Shown piece after piece: positions 23,212-35,736 of a stretch of 64,000 nt of DNA (its first letter is position 1; every line of letters starts with the position of its first letter). The DNA is from Azolla caroliniana (taxonomy: Eukaryota > Plantae > Polypodiophyta). The stretch lies in the NCBI GenBank assembly GCA_043228905.1, contig JBHGNT010000020.1, positions 992,001 to 1,056,000 on the forward strand. Reading direction: 5' to 3'. A model generated the notes under the pieces. The model worked only from the letters and a program-made list of their open reading frames with translations. It made no database searches and was not told where the DNA came from. The position numbers and the translations under genes are program-made.

Positions 23212-26200
23212 TACCATGTTATTTCAACTAGTACTCATGATCTAAAACAGAAATCTATTCAAGTCCCTTTCGTAATGTTACGTTCTTCGAGAGTTTCATT
23301 AGCAGAGGTTAAAATGTCTCCAACAAATTGATGTCCTATAAATATTTTGTGCAGAAACGGTTTTAATAAATTAGATTCCTTTTTATCTTATAAGAAACTT
23401 AGGGTCACCTTTTGGTCGCTCACATAAAACACAGAAAACATTCAAGACTCAGGTTTGATATGAGATATTTGTGCGGCTTTAGCCGTACAATTAGGATATT
23501 TTTGTTGAAAGCAATAACAAACGTTTCAATATTCCGCAAGCTCAAGCTATGGGCTTTAGAGCTGTACTCGAATTGGATAAACAAAATGTATTTGATAGAT
23601 TCGAGAATATAAAATTGTTCAATAACTTTCATAACTACAATATAAAATTCTACAAGCACATGCTATGTCCTTTAGAGCGGTACTTCAATGGGATAAACAA
23701 AATCTATTCGATTCGATTCGAGAATAGAAATTTGGTGTCTGAGTTTCATAACTAGATTGTAAGAACACGAAAACAAATTGAATTAATTTGATGTTTAGCT
23801 AAAACAAGCTGTTTTGTTGGACTTTTTCATTTGTATGCTAGAAGAAAGAAAGACTCAGTATTTGTTCGTTTAGGTAACAATTGGTAAAGGTTAAGGACTG
23901 ACATTCATATGCAACTACTCAACAATAATTTTATCTTGTAAATTTTTTATTTTTGGTAAAGATCGATTGAATGTAGGTTCAAATTGCGCTTGTAGTCCAA
24001 CGATTAGGGTAGCTGCCTTCCAAGCAATAGACCCAAGTTCAACTCTCGGCAAGCACATACCATGTTATTTCAACCACTACTCACAATCTAAAAGAGAAAT
24101 CTATTCAAGTCCCTTCGACAATGGCACGTTCTTCAAGAGTTTCATAAGCAAGGTTTAAGAACTCTCCAAGAAACTGAATTCCTATAAATATTTAGTCAAC
24201 AATAATTTTATGTTGTATCTTTTTTGTTATTGATAAACTTCCCATTCGAAGTAGGGTCAAATTGCGCTTGTAGTCCAATGGTTAGGATAATTGCCTTCCA
24301 AGCAATAGACCCGAGTTCAACTCTCAGCAAGCGCATACCATATTATTTGAACCACTACTTACGATCTAAAAGAGAAATCTATTCAAGTCCGTTCGACATT
24401 CTCACGTTCTTCGAGGGTTTCATTACCAGAGTCTAAAAACTCTCCAACAAATTGAATTGCTATAAATATTTAGTCCAAAAATGGTTTCTCTAAACTAGTT
24501 TCGTTTTTATCATGTAAGGGTCACCTTTTGCTCACTGACATACAAAATGGTATAGATTATGGACTCACCTTGATATGAGATATGTGTGTGCCTATTGCCC
24601 TACAATTAGGATATTTTTCTTGAATGCAATAGACCACATTTCAACATTCCGCAAGTGCACGCTATGTGCCTTAGAGCAGTACTTGCATTGGATAAACGAA
24701 CTCTATCCGATTGGATTCGACAATATGACATTGGTGGATGAGTTTGGTAACTAGATTGTAAGAACATGGGAACAAATTGAATTAATATGATGTTTAGCTC
24801 AAACAAGTTTTTTTTGTAGGCATGCTTCATTTGTATGCTAGAAGAAAGTAACGCTCAATATTCGTTCGCTCAGGTAACAATTCGTGAAGGTTAAGGACTC
24901 ACATTAATATGCAACTACTCAAAAATAATTTTATCTTGTATATTTTTTTATTTATTCTGATAAACTTCGATTGAATGTAGGTTCAAATTGCTGTTGTAGT
25001 CCAATGATTAGGATACTTTCCTTCTATGCAATAGATCCGAGTTCAACTCTCAGCAAGCGGATACTATGTTAGCCCTACAATTAGGATATTTTTTGTTTTT
25101 GATAAATTTCCATTCAGGGCAGGGTCAAATTGCGCTTGTAGTCCAACGGTTAGGATAACTGCCTTCCAAGCAATAGACCCGAGTTCAACTCTCAGCAAGG
25201 GCATACCATGTTATTTCAACAATTACTCATGATATAAAAGAGAAATCTATTCAAGTCCCTTCGAAAATGTAAAGTTCTTCGAGAGTGTCATTAGGAGAGT
25301 CTAAAAACTCTCCAACTAATTGAATTCCTATAAATATTTGGTCAAAAAACATTTTGTCTAAACTAGTTTCGTTTTTATCTTATAAGAAAGTTAAGGTCAC
25401 CTTTTGCTCGCTCACGTAAAACATGGTGAAGATTAAGTACTCAGGTTTGATATGAGATATTTGTGCGCGTTTAGCCCTACAATTAGGATATTTTTCTTGA
25501 AAGCAATAGCCCACGTTTCAACAATCCACAAGGGCACGATATGTCCTGTAGAGTGACACTTCAATTCGATAAACAACATCTATTCGATTCGATTTGAGAA
25601 TATAAAATTGCTACATGAGTTTGATAACTAGATTGTAAGAACACTAGAACAAATTGAATTAGTCTGATGCTTAGCTCAAACAAACTAATTTTGTGGACTT
25701 GTTTCATTTGTATGCAAGAAGAAAGTAAGGCTCACTATTTGTTCGCTCAGGTATAGGACTCACATTTATATGCAGCTACTCAACAATAATTTTATCTCGT
25801 ATATTTTTTGTTTTTGATAAACTTCCCTTGGAAGCATGTTTAAATTTTGCTTGTAGACCAACAGTTAGGATAATTGAATTAATCTGATGTTTAGCTCAAA
25901 CAAGTTGTTTTTGTAGGCTTGCTTCATTAGTATGCTCAAGGAAAGTAACGGTCAATATTCGTGCGCTCATGTAACATTTGGTAAAGGTTAAGGACGCACA
26001 TAGATATGCAATTACTCAAAAATAATTTTTTCTTGTATATTTTTAATTTTTGATAAATTTCGATTGAATGTATGTTCAAATTGCACTTGTAGTCCAACGG
26101 TTAGGATAATTGCCTTACAAACAATAGACTTGAGTTCAATTCTCGGCAAGAGCATACCATGTTAGCCCTACAATTAGGATATTTTTCTTGAAAGTAATAG

Positions 26201-26537
26201 TCCACGTTCTAATATTCCGCAAGCATACGTTATGTCCTTTAGAGCGGTACTTCAATTGGATAAACAAAATCTATTCGATTAGATACGAGAATACAGAATT
26301 GCTGGATGAGTTTCATAACTAAATTGTAATAACACGAGATCTAATTGAATTGATATGATGTTTAGCTTAAACAAGTTGTTATTGTGGACTTGTTTCATTT
26401 GTATGCGAGAAGAAAGTAAGGCTCACTATTTTATCCCTCAGGTATAGGACTCACATTTATATGCGACTACTCACCATTAATTTTCTCTTGTCTATTTTAT
26501 GTTTTTGATAAACTTCCATAGAAAGCAAGTTCAAATT

Positions 26538-26609
26538 GCGCTTGTAGTCCCACGGTTAGGATATTTGCCTTCCAAGCAATAGACCCGAGTTCAACTCTCG
26601 GCAAGCGCA
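26538..26609 (+). tRNA. trnG-UCC: tRNA-Gly(UCC), near-intact
   Basis: Two substitutions (A14->C and the first anticodon-stem base); acceptor and T arms perfect. Confidence 0.55.
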
Positions 26610-29600
26610 TACCATGTTATTTCAACCACTACTTACGATCTAAAAGAGAAATCTATTGAAGTCCCTGTAATAATGTCTCATTCTTCGACAGTTTCATTAG
26701 TAGAGTCTAAAAAGTCTCCAACAAATGGTCAAAAATATTTCTCTAAACTAGTTTCATTTTTATCTTTTAAGAAAGTTAGTGTCATGTTTTGCTCGCTCAC
26801 ATAAAACATGGTAAAGATTAACAATTTAGGTTTGATCTGAGATATTTGTGAGGCTTTAGCCCTATAATTAGGATATTTTTCTTGAAAGGAATACCCCACG
26901 TTTCAATATTCCGCAAGCGCACGCTATGTCCTTTAGAGCGGTACTTCAATTGGATAAACAAAATCTATTCCATTAGATTTGAGAATATAAATTTGCTGGA
27001 TGATTTCCATAACTAAATTGTAAGAACACAAGATCGAATTGAATTAATCTCATGTTTAGCTTAAACAAGGTGTTTTTGTGGACTTATTTCATTTGTTTGC
27101 GAGAAGAAAGTAAGGCTCACCATTTTATCGCTCAGGTATAGGACAGACATTTATATGCGACTACTCAACAATAATTTTGTCTTGTATATTTTTTGTTTTT
27201 GAGAAACTTCCATTCGAAGTAGGCTCAAATTGCACTTGTAGTGCAACGGTTAGGATAATTGCCTTCCAAGCAATAGACCCGAGTTCAACTCTCGGCAAGC
27301 GGATACCATGTTATTTCAACCAATACTCACGATCTACAAGAGAAATCTATTGAAGTCTTTTCGACAATGTCACGTTTTTCAAGAGTTTTATTAGTAGAGT
27401 CTAAAAAGTCTCCAACAAATTGAATTCCTATAAATATTTGGTCAAAAAACGGTTTCTCTAAACTTGTTTCGTTTTTATCTTATAAGAAGATTTGCTCGCT
27501 CCTATAAACTATGGTGAAGATTAAGGACTCAGGATTGGTATGAGGTATTTGTGCGGCTTTAGCCCTATAATTAGGATATTTTTGTTGAGAGGAATACCCC
27601 ACGTTTCAATATTCCACAAGCGGACGCTATGTCGTTGAGAGCGGTACTTCAATTGGATAAACAAAATCTATTCAATTAGATTCGAGAATATAAAATTGCT
27701 GGATAAGTTTCATAACTAGATTGTAGGAACAAGAGATCAAATTAAATTAATCTGATGTTTAGCTTTAAAAGGCTATTTTTGTGGACTTGTTTCATGTGTA
27801 TGCGAGAAGAAAGTAAGCCTCACTATTTGTTCGCTCAGGTATAGGACTAACATTTATATGCGACTACTCAACAATAATTTTCTCTCCTATATTTTTTGTT
27901 TTTGACAAACTTCCCTTCGAAGCAAGGTTAAATTGTGCTTGTAGTCCAACGGTTAGGATAATTGCCTTCCAAGCAATAGATCCGAGTTCAACTCTAGCCC
28001 TAGCTACTTGTGAGCCTCTAGCCCTACATTTACGATATTTTTCTTGAAAGCTATAGACTACGTTTCATAACTAGATTCTAAGAACACGGGAAAAAATTGA
28101 ATTAATCAAATATTTAGCTCAAACAAGCTATTTTTAAGGACTTCTTTCACTTGTATGCTAGAAGAATGTATGGCTTATTATTCCTTCACTTAAGTAACAA
28201 TTGGTAAAGGTTAAGGACTAACATTGATATGCAAGTACTCCACAATACTTTTACCATGTATGTGTTTTGTTTGCGATGAAATTACATTGGAAGTAGGCTC
28301 AAATTATGCTTGTAGTCCATAATAAACCTGAGTTCAACTCTCGGCAAGCGCACACCATGTTATTTCAAGCACTACTTACTATCGAAAAGAGAAATATATT
28401 CAATTCCCTTCGACAATTTCACGTTGTTGGAGAGTTTCATTAGCAGAGTTTAAAAATTCTCCAACAAATTGAATTCTTATAAATATTTGGTCATAAAACG
28501 ATCTCTCTAAACTAGTTTCGTTTTTATCTTATAAGACTGTTAGAGTCACCCTTAGCTCTCTCTCATAAAAAAAGGTAAAGATCAAGGAATCAAGTTCATA
28601 TGAGATATTTGTGCGCCTATAGGCCTAATTTTAGGATATTTTTCTTCTAAGAAATAGACCATGTTTGAACATTCCTCAAGCACACGCTATGTGTTTTAGA
28701 GCAGTACTTCAATTGGACATGCAAAATCTATACGATTTGATTCGAGAATATAACGTTGTTGGACGAGTTTCATAACTAGATTGCAAGAACATGGGAAAAG
28801 ATTGATGCGAGAAGAAAGTAAGGCTCACTATTTGTTCGCTCAGGTATAGGACTAACATTTATATGCGACTATTCAACAATAATTTTCTCTCGTATATTTT
28901 TTGTTTTTGTCAAACATCCCTTGGAAGCAAGTTTAAATTGCGCTTGTATCCCAACGGTTAGCATAATTGCCTTCCAAGCAATAGATCCAAGTTCAACTCT
29001 CGGCAAGCGCATACCATGATATTTCAACCAGTACTCACGATCTAAAAGAGAAATCTATTCAGGTCGCTTTGATAACGTCACGTTCTTCGACAATACTTTG
29101 ATCTTGTATATTTTTTGTTTGTGATGAAATTCCATTGGAAGTGGGCTCAAATTACGCTTGTAGTCCAACAGCAAGGATAATGGCCTTCCGAGCAATAAAC
29201 CCGAGTTCAACTCTCGAAAAGCGCACACCATGTTATTTCAACCACAACTTACGATCAAAAAGAGAAATCCATTCAATTCCCTTTGACTATGTCACAGTGT
29301 TCAAGAGTTTCAGTAACAGAGTCTAAAAACACTCCAACAAATTTAATTGCAATAAATATTTGGTCAAAAAACGGTTTCTCGAAACTAGTTTCATTTTTAT
29401 CTTATAAGTATGTTAGGGTCAACTTTTGCTCGTTCACATAAAAAATGGTAAAGATTAAGGACTCAGGTTCAGATGCGATATCTATGCCCTTGTAGCCCTA
29501 CAATTAGGATATTTCTCTGGAAAGTAATAGAAGAGGCTTTGACATTCCGGAAGTGCTTTACTGGAAAGCAGTACACTAGCTTCATATGAGATATCTATGC

Positions 29601-29732
29601 CGCTACATCCCTAGAGTTAGGATATTTTCCTAGAAGTTAGGGTCACCTTTGGCTCACTCACATAAAACATGGTAAAGATTAAGGAATTAGATTTGATATG
29701 AGATATTTGTGCGGCTTTAGCCCTACAATTGG

Positions 29733-30486
29733 TGTTGGGATTTCGATCCCTCCGTATGGGATGTCCGGAGATGAATGACGGCAAGCCCGGTTGCAGTTAC
29801 GGAACCGGATGATGAAGAGTACCCGGCATGAAGCCGGATGAAGAGACCCCGGCTACGGAGCCGGATGCTGAAGACCCCGGCTACGGAGCCGGATGCTGAA
29901 GAACCCCGGTTACGGAACCGAATGATGAAGAGTACCCGGCATGAAGCCGGATGAAGAGACCCCGGCTACGGAGCCGGATGCTGAAGACCCCGGCTACGGA
30001 GCCGGATGATGAATGTACCCGGAGAGAGATCCGGATGCGGGGACATATTTGTGAATATGTTTTCCAAGAGCCCTTGAGGCTTTATTTGTAAATAGCCCGA
30101 AAGTCATATGTGTATAAATATGACTTAGGGCAAACAGTTTAACTGTTGTTGCTCATTTTCTGTTTTCCACTAAGAGGGAGCGAAGTGAGAGCAGCCGAGA
30201 GAGAGTGAGAGAGAAGGAGGAAGGAAGAGGTCGACGCCTCTGTGTAATACCGCCGCCTGTGGCGAGGACAGCGAGCTCAAGGTCGTCGCCTTGCAGCTCG
30301 CCATTGTACATTCCCGCGTATAGTGATAGTTGGAGTCTTGCACTCCCGTGGTTTTTCCCATTTAGGGTTTTCCACGTAAAACATCCAGTGTGCCCTTCTC
30401 TCTATTGTTTTCGTGCATTGGTGTATTTCCCGTTTTCTGTGAATCGATCCTGTTCCTCGGTTGTGGCCGAAGGCGGAAGCTCGACA
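29733..30486 (+). repeat. 5' LTR of Copia I
   Basis: About 5 substitutions and one 28-bp repeat-unit difference from the 3' LTR. Confidence 0.96.
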
Positions 30487-30517
30487 AAGTGGTATCAGAG
30501 CGACGGTAACACAGAAA

Positions 30518-32059
30518 ATGGAAGGCGGCAGCAGCGGGCAGCCGGGGATGATGGTGCTGAATGCGCAGAACTACGCCGACTGGAAGATAAAGATGGAGGA
30601 TCTGCTCATTGTTCGGGACCTGTATGAACCGATCGACAGGTCGGAAATACCCAAGGGGGTACTTGAGACGGAGTGGAGGCTTCTGAACCGGAAAGCCGTT
30701 GCAACCATTCGGCAATACGTCGACGTGAGCGTTCTACAACACGTGGCGAACGACACCAACGCATATGAGATGTGGAGGAAGCTGTCGGGCCTCTACGAGA
30801 GGAAGAATGCGTTGAACCGGACCTCCCTGATGAGAAAGATAGTGAACCTCAAGTACCGGGACGGCGAGAGTATGGTGGAACACGTAAGCACGTTCATGGG
30901 ATTCGTGAACCAGCTTGCGGCGATCAAGTTCCCGTTGGAGGATGCAATGCAAGCCATCATCCTGATGTGTACATTGCCGGACAGCTGGGAGAACTTGGTG
31001 GTGACTCTCAGCACCTCCTGCGCCGAAGATAACTTGTCCCTACAAACGGTAAAGACAAGTATTTTGAACGAAGAAGCGCGTCGGAGAGATAAAGAACCGG
31101 TCTCCGACTCGAAGGTGCTGCTTACCGAATCGGAACGGGGAAGACAATGGAACCGGAGTCCGCAAAGACGGGAGAAGTCGGGGACCCGGTCGCAGTCAAG
31201 AGGAAGACCCACATGCTTCCACTGTGGGAAGCCGGGGCACTTCCGGAAGAATTGTCGGCATTACCGAAAGGACAACGGAGCCGACGACACCGATTCGAAG
31301 AAGTCACCGGAGAGAAACGGTGCATACCGGGGAGCCACGGACCGGAGAGGTCCGGATCGGCGAGGGCAGGACCGGAAAGGAACGACGGCACTCGCGGCAA
31401 GTGAAGAAGAGATAATGCTCATTACCGAAGAGAGGGAGCTGAACCTTGCCGGTGAAGAGATGACCTGGGTGGTCGATTCCGGAGCGTCGTTCCACCTGAC
31501 CCCGGAGAAGAAATACTTCTCATCCTACACAGCCGGTGAGCACGGCTGTGTCCGGATGGGAAATGAAGGCACATGCCGGATTGCCGGCATAGGAGACGTG
31601 TGGCTGTTGACATCAACCGGATGCAAGATGCTGTTGAAGGATGTGCGACACGTTCCGGAGGTCCGATTGAACCTGATCTCGGCCGGGAGGCTAGATGATG
31701 AAGGCTACACGGGTAGCATCCGGAACGGTGTCATGAAGTTCAGCAAAGGGAGCCTGATAGTGGCTCGGGCCCGGAAAGACAACACACTGTACCTGATGAA
31801 TGCCCGGTTATGTCCGGAAGAGCTGAATGTGGCAGCCGACACTGCCGGTGAGCTGTGGCACAAGAGACTGTGCCACATGAGTGAGAAGGGGATGAAGAGG
31901 CTTGCAGAAGACAACCTTATTCCAGTGAAGCATGTGCACCTGGAGAAGTGCACCGACTGTCTGGCCGGTAAGCAAAACCGGACCTCCTTCCACTCAAGGC
32001 CACCGACGAGACGTAGCGCACCATTGGAGTTGGTGCACACTGATGTGTGTGTCAGGTAG
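30518..32059 (+). CDS. gag-pol: Copia I gag-pol, 5' part (Gag, CCHC zinc knuckle, aspartic protease, integrase N-terminus); ends at a frameshift
   Basis: ATG at 30518 just after the PBS; CFHCGKPGHFRKNC; WVVDSGASFH; LWHKRLCH...C..C; LVHTDVC. Confidence 0.92.
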   Translation: MEGGSSGQPGMMVLNAQNYADWKIKMEDLLIVRDLYEPIDRSEIPKGVLETEWRLLNRKAVATIRQYVDVSVLQHVANDTNAYEMWRKLSGLYERKNALNRTSLMRKIVNLKYRDGESMVEHVSTFMGFVNQLAAIKFPLEDAMQAIILMCTLPDSWENLVVTLSTSCAEDNLSLQTVKTSILNEEARRRDKEPVSDSKVLLTESERGRQWNRSPQRREKSGTRSQSRGRPTCFHCGKPGHFRKNCRHYRKDNGADDTDSKKSPERNGAYRGATDRRGPDRRGQDRKGTTALAASEEEIMLITEERELNLAGEEMTWVVDSGASFHLTPEKKYFSSYTAGEHGCVRMGNEGTCRIAGIGDVWLLTSTGCKMLLKDVRHVPEVRLNLISAGRLDDEGYTGSIRNGVMKFSKGSLIVARARKDNTLYLMNARLCPEELNVAADTAGELWHKRLCHMSEKGMKRLAEDNLIPVKHVHLEKCTDCLAGKQNRTSFHSRPPTRRSAPLELVHTDVCVR

Positions 32060-34596
32060 AAACGAAGTCACATGGCGGAGCCCAGTACTTCGTGACATTC
32101 ATTGATGACCACAGCCGGAAGCTGTGGACGGCACCGTTGAAGACAAAGGACCGAGTATTGTCCGTCTTCAAAGAACTCCACGCGAGAGTGGAAAGAGAAT
32201 CCGGCAAGAAGCTGAAAGCGATACGAGCGGATAACGGAGGGGAATACCGGGGGCAGTTCCAGGAGTACTGTCGCTCGAAGGGAATCCGGCTCGAGTTTAC
32301 TGTGCCGAAGACGCCGGAACTGAACGGGCTGGCCGAGAGGATGAACCGGACCATAATGGAGAGGGTCCGGAGTATGCTGGCGCATGCGAAATTACCCAAG
32401 GGATTTTGGGCCGAGGCAATGTCGACGGCGACGTATGTGATAAATAGATCACCCTCAGTACCTTTGGACGGAGACACGCCGCAGAAAGTGTGGACCGGTA
32501 AGGAAGTGTCCTACCGGCATCTGAAGGTGTTCGGGTGTCTCGCATACGTGCATGTGGCAAAGGACCGGAGAGGAAAGCTAGATCCAAAGACCCGGCCATG
32601 CATATTCCTCGGTTACGGCGACGACGAGTTCGGCTACCGAGTATGGGACCCGGTCGACAAGAAGATATTCAGGAGTCGAGACATCATCTTCATGGAGGAC
32701 AAGACACTCGCCGACTGGGAGTCGGAGAAGAAGATGAAGAGCTCCAAGTCGACCGGTGAGGATCAACTCTACGAGGAGCAGTCCCGACCGGCAAGGGACC
32801 GGTTAGCACTCGAGGACCCGGCCGAAGACGGTGAAGAAACAGAACCGGCCGAAGAAGATGAAAATGATACCGGAACCGGCCCCGATCCCGAAATGGATTC
32901 GGATGAAGAAGAAGAATCGGAAGAACCGGTTACCGAAGCTCCCGAACGGAGATATCCTCTAAGAGAGAGGAGGGCCCCCCGGAGATTTCCGGAACCAGAG
33001 CACGTGCTGCTAACCGACGAGGGGGAGCCGGAGAGCTTTGAAGAAGCAAAGCATGACACCCAGAGCCGCAGGTGGTTGAGTGCCATGCAGGACGAGATGG
33101 ATTCCCTGCATGAAAACCACACATACGAACTTGTGGAGTTGCCGAATGGAAAGCGGGCACTTCGAAACAAGTGGGTGTTCAAGCTGAAACCGGGAGATGC
33201 CGGAAACCCCCCGAGATACAAAGCCAGGATCGTGGTGAAGGGGTTTCAGCAGAAGAAGGGCGTCGACTTCGACGAAATATTTGCCCCGGTAGTGAAGATG
33301 ACCTCCATCCGGACGGTGCTGAGCATAGTGGCAAGCATGGACCTCGAGGTAGAACAGATGGACGTGAAGACGGCATTCCTTCACGGCGACCTCGAAGAAG
33401 AGATCTACATGCAGCAACCGGAAGGATTCGAGAAGAAAGGGAAGGAGCACCTGGTATGCCGGTTGAAGAAGAGCCTTTACGGACTGAAGCAGGCTCCCCG
33501 GCAATGGTACCGGAAGTTCGACTCCTTCATGACCGACGAAGGGTACCACAAAACGCAGTCAGATCACTGCGTGTTTGTGAAGAAGTTCGAAGGAGGAGAC
33601 TCTCTAATACTCCTCCTGTACGTGGACGACATGTTGATCGTCGGACGGGACCAGGTCAAGATACGGGTGCTGAAGAAGGCTCTTCACCGAACCTTCTCAA
33701 TGAAGGACTTGGGTCCGGCGAGGCAAATACTAGGGATGCACATCATCCGGGACCAGAAGAAGAAGCAGTTGTGGCTGTCACAGGAGAAGTACGTGACAAA
33801 GGTGCTTAAACGGTTCAACATGTCGGAAGCAAGACCGGTCGGATCGACCCTCCCGACAAACTGCAAGCTGTCCAGCAAGCAAAGTCCCAAGACAAAGGCT
33901 GAAAAGGAGGATATGATGAAAGTGCCGTATGCCTCAGCCGTCGGGAGCTTGATGTACGCCATGGTGTGTACGAGACCGGACATCGGATATGCAGTCGGAG
34001 TGGTGAGCCGGTACATGAGCAATCCCGGCAAAGAGCACTGGAACGCGGTCAAGTGGATACTCCGATACCTGAAGGGCACGGCAAACGTGTGCCTCCGATT
34101 CGGCTCCGGTAAGCCCGAACTCGACGGCTTTACAGATTCGGATATGTCGGCTGATGCAGATACCAGCCGGTCCACATCAGGGTATGTGATGACGTATGCA
34201 GGAGGAGCTGTTTCATGGCAGTCGAGGCTGCAGAAGACGGTTGCGTTATCAACCACGGAGGCGGAGTACATGGCGGCTGTTGAAGCCGGCAAGGAAATAA
34301 TATGGATGAAGGACTTCATTAGAGAGCTCGGTATCCGGCAGGAGGAGTATCGACTCTACTGCGATAGTCAGAGTGCCATCCACCTTGCAAAGAACGCGGC
34401 CTACCATTCCCGGACGAAACACATCCAGCGTAGATACCACTGGATCCGGGAAAGGATAGAAGACAAGGAGTTCGTGCTGACGAAGATCCACACGGACGAC
34501 AACGGGTCGGATATGCTGACCAAGGTGCTCACAACCGACAAGCTGGAAGGATGCCGGAAGAGGATCGGGTTGGAGAGACATCCCATGCCGAAGTGA
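32047..34596 (+). CDS. pol: Copia I pol, 3' part (integrase core, reverse transcriptase, RNase H)
   Basis: 849-aa open frame: FIDDHSR, DNGGEY, NGLAERMNRT, MDVKTAFLHG, SLYGLKQAPRQW, YVDDML, FTDSD, TEAEY, HSRTKHI. Confidence 0.95.
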   Translation: MCQVETKSHGGAQYFVTFIDDHSRKLWTAPLKTKDRVLSVFKELHARVERESGKKLKAIRADNGGEYRGQFQEYCRSKGIRLEFTVPKTPELNGLAERMNRTIMERVRSMLAHAKLPKGFWAEAMSTATYVINRSPSVPLDGDTPQKVWTGKEVSYRHLKVFGCLAYVHVAKDRRGKLDPKTRPCIFLGYGDDEFGYRVWDPVDKKIFRSRDIIFMEDKTLADWESEKKMKSSKSTGEDQLYEEQSRPARDRLALEDPAEDGEETEPAEEDENDTGTGPDPEMDSDEEEESEEPVTEAPERRYPLRERRAPRRFPEPEHVLLTDEGEPESFEEAKHDTQSRRWLSAMQDEMDSLHENHTYELVELPNGKRALRNKWVFKLKPGDAGNPPRYKARIVVKGFQQKKGVDFDEIFAPVVKMTSIRTVLSIVASMDLEVEQMDVKTAFLHGDLEEEIYMQQPEGFEKKGKEHLVCRLKKSLYGLKQAPRQWYRKFDSFMTDEGYHKTQSDHCVFVKKFEGGDSLILLLYVDDMLIVGRDQVKIRVLKKALHRTFSMKDLGPARQILGMHIIRDQKKKQLWLSQEKYVTKVLKRFNMSEARPVGSTLPTNCKLSSKQSPKTKAEKEDMMKVPYASAVGSLMYAMVCTRPDIGYAVGVVSRYMSNPGKEHWNAVKWILRYLKGTANVCLRFGSGKPELDGFTDSDMSADADTSRSTSGYVMTYAGGAVSWQSRLQKTVALSTTEAEYMAAVEAGKEIIWMKDFIRELGIRQEEYRLYCDSQSAIHLAKNAAYHSRTKHIQRRYHWIRERIEDKEFVLTKIHTDDNGSDMLTKVLTTDKLEGCRKRIGLERHPMPK

Positions 34597-34606
34597 AGGG
34601 GGAGTT

Positions 34607-35388
34607 TGTTGGGATTTCGGTCCCTCCGGATGGGATGTCCGGAGATGAATGACGGCAAGCCCGGTTGCGGTTACGGAACCGGATGATGAAGAGTACCCGG
34701 CATGAAGCCGGATGAAGAGACCCCGGCTACGGAGCCGGATGCTGAAGACCCCGGCTACGGAGCCGGATGCTGAAGAACCCCGGTTACGGAACCGGATGAT
34801 GAAGAGTACCCGGCATGAAGCCGGATGAAGAGACCCCGGCTACGGAGCCGGATGCTGAAGACCCCGGCTACGGAGCCGGATGCTGAAGACCCCGGCTACG
34901 GAGCCGGATGATGAATGTACCCGGAGAGAGATCCGGATGCGGGGACATATTTGTGAATATGTTTTCCAAGAGCCCTTGAGGCTTTATTTGTAAATAGCCC
35001 GAAAGTCATATGTGTATAAATATGACTTAGGGCAAACAGTTTAACTGTTGTTGCTCATTTTCTGTTTTCCACTAAGAGGGAGCGAAGTGAGAGCAGCCGA
35101 GAGAGAGTGAGAGAGAAGGAGGAAGGAAGAGGTCGACGCCTCTGTGTAATACCGCCGCATGTGGCGAGGACAGCGAGCTCAAGGTCGTCGCCTTGCAGCT
35201 CGCCATTGTACATTCCCGCGTATAGTGATAGTTGGAGTCTTGCACTCCCGTGGTTTTTCCCATTTAGGGTTTTCCACGTAAAACATCCAGTGTGCCCTTC
35301 TCTCTATTGTTTTCGTGCATTGGTGTATTTCCCGTTTTCTGTGAATCGATCCTGTTCCTCGGTTGTGGCCGAAGGCGGAAGCTCGACA
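34607..35388 (+). repeat. 3' LTR of Copia I
   Basis: Follows the PPT; ends TCGACA, then the TSD. Confidence 0.96.
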
Positions 35389-35736
35389 ATTGGGATATTT
35401 TCCTTGAAAGCAATAACTCACGTTTCAATATTCTGCAATCGCACGGTATGTCCTTTAGAGTAGAATTTCAATTGGATAAAGAAAATCTATTCAATTAAAT
35501 TCGAGAATATAAAATTGTTGGATGAGTTTCATAACTAGATTGTAAGAACAAGTGAACAAATTGAATTAATTTGATGCTTAGGTCAAACAAGTTGTTTTTT
35601 CAGACTTGTTTCATTTGTATGCGAGAAGAAAGTAAGGCTCACTATTTGTTCGCTCACGTATAGGACTCACATTTATATGTGACTACTCAACAATAATTTT
35701 ATCGTGTATATTTATTTATTGGATAAAGTTCCCTTG

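Larger units (their letters stand above)
21593..29225 (+). pseudogene. tRNA-Gly copies, mostly degenerate, at 21593, ~21871 (stub), 22577, 23986, 24264, 24990, 25132, ~25846 (stub), 26083, 27232, 27935 (truncated), ~28306, 28940, 29154
   Basis: Recognisable tRNA-Gly(UCC) sequences with substitutions or deletions. Confidence 0.8.
29733..35388 (+). mobile_element. Full-length young Ty1/Copia LTR retrotransposon (Tnt1/Tork-like), 'Copia I'
   Basis: 5' LTR 29733-30486 and 3' LTR 34607-35388 (TG...CA); TSD attgg at 29728-29732 and 35389-35393; PBS tggtatcagagc 30490-30501; PPT aagtgaagggggag 34591-34604; domain order gag-PR-IN-RT-RH. Confidence 0.98.

Noticed and set aside
30490-30501. Array tRNA serving as primer for the neighbouring retrotransposons
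   Set aside because: All Copia PBSs are TGGTATCAGAG (initiator-Met type), not complementary to tRNA-Gly.
32041-32059. Programmed ribosomal frameshift
   Set aside because: It lies inside integrase, has no slippery heptamer, and the homologous site in Copia II is in frame.
13540-35388. tRNA-targeted integration (Ty1/Ty3 style)
   Set aside because: Insertions fall at different unit positions (about 190 and 150 nt downstream of A, inside B, and in the B trailer). There are too few events, and related Copias also inserted outside the array.
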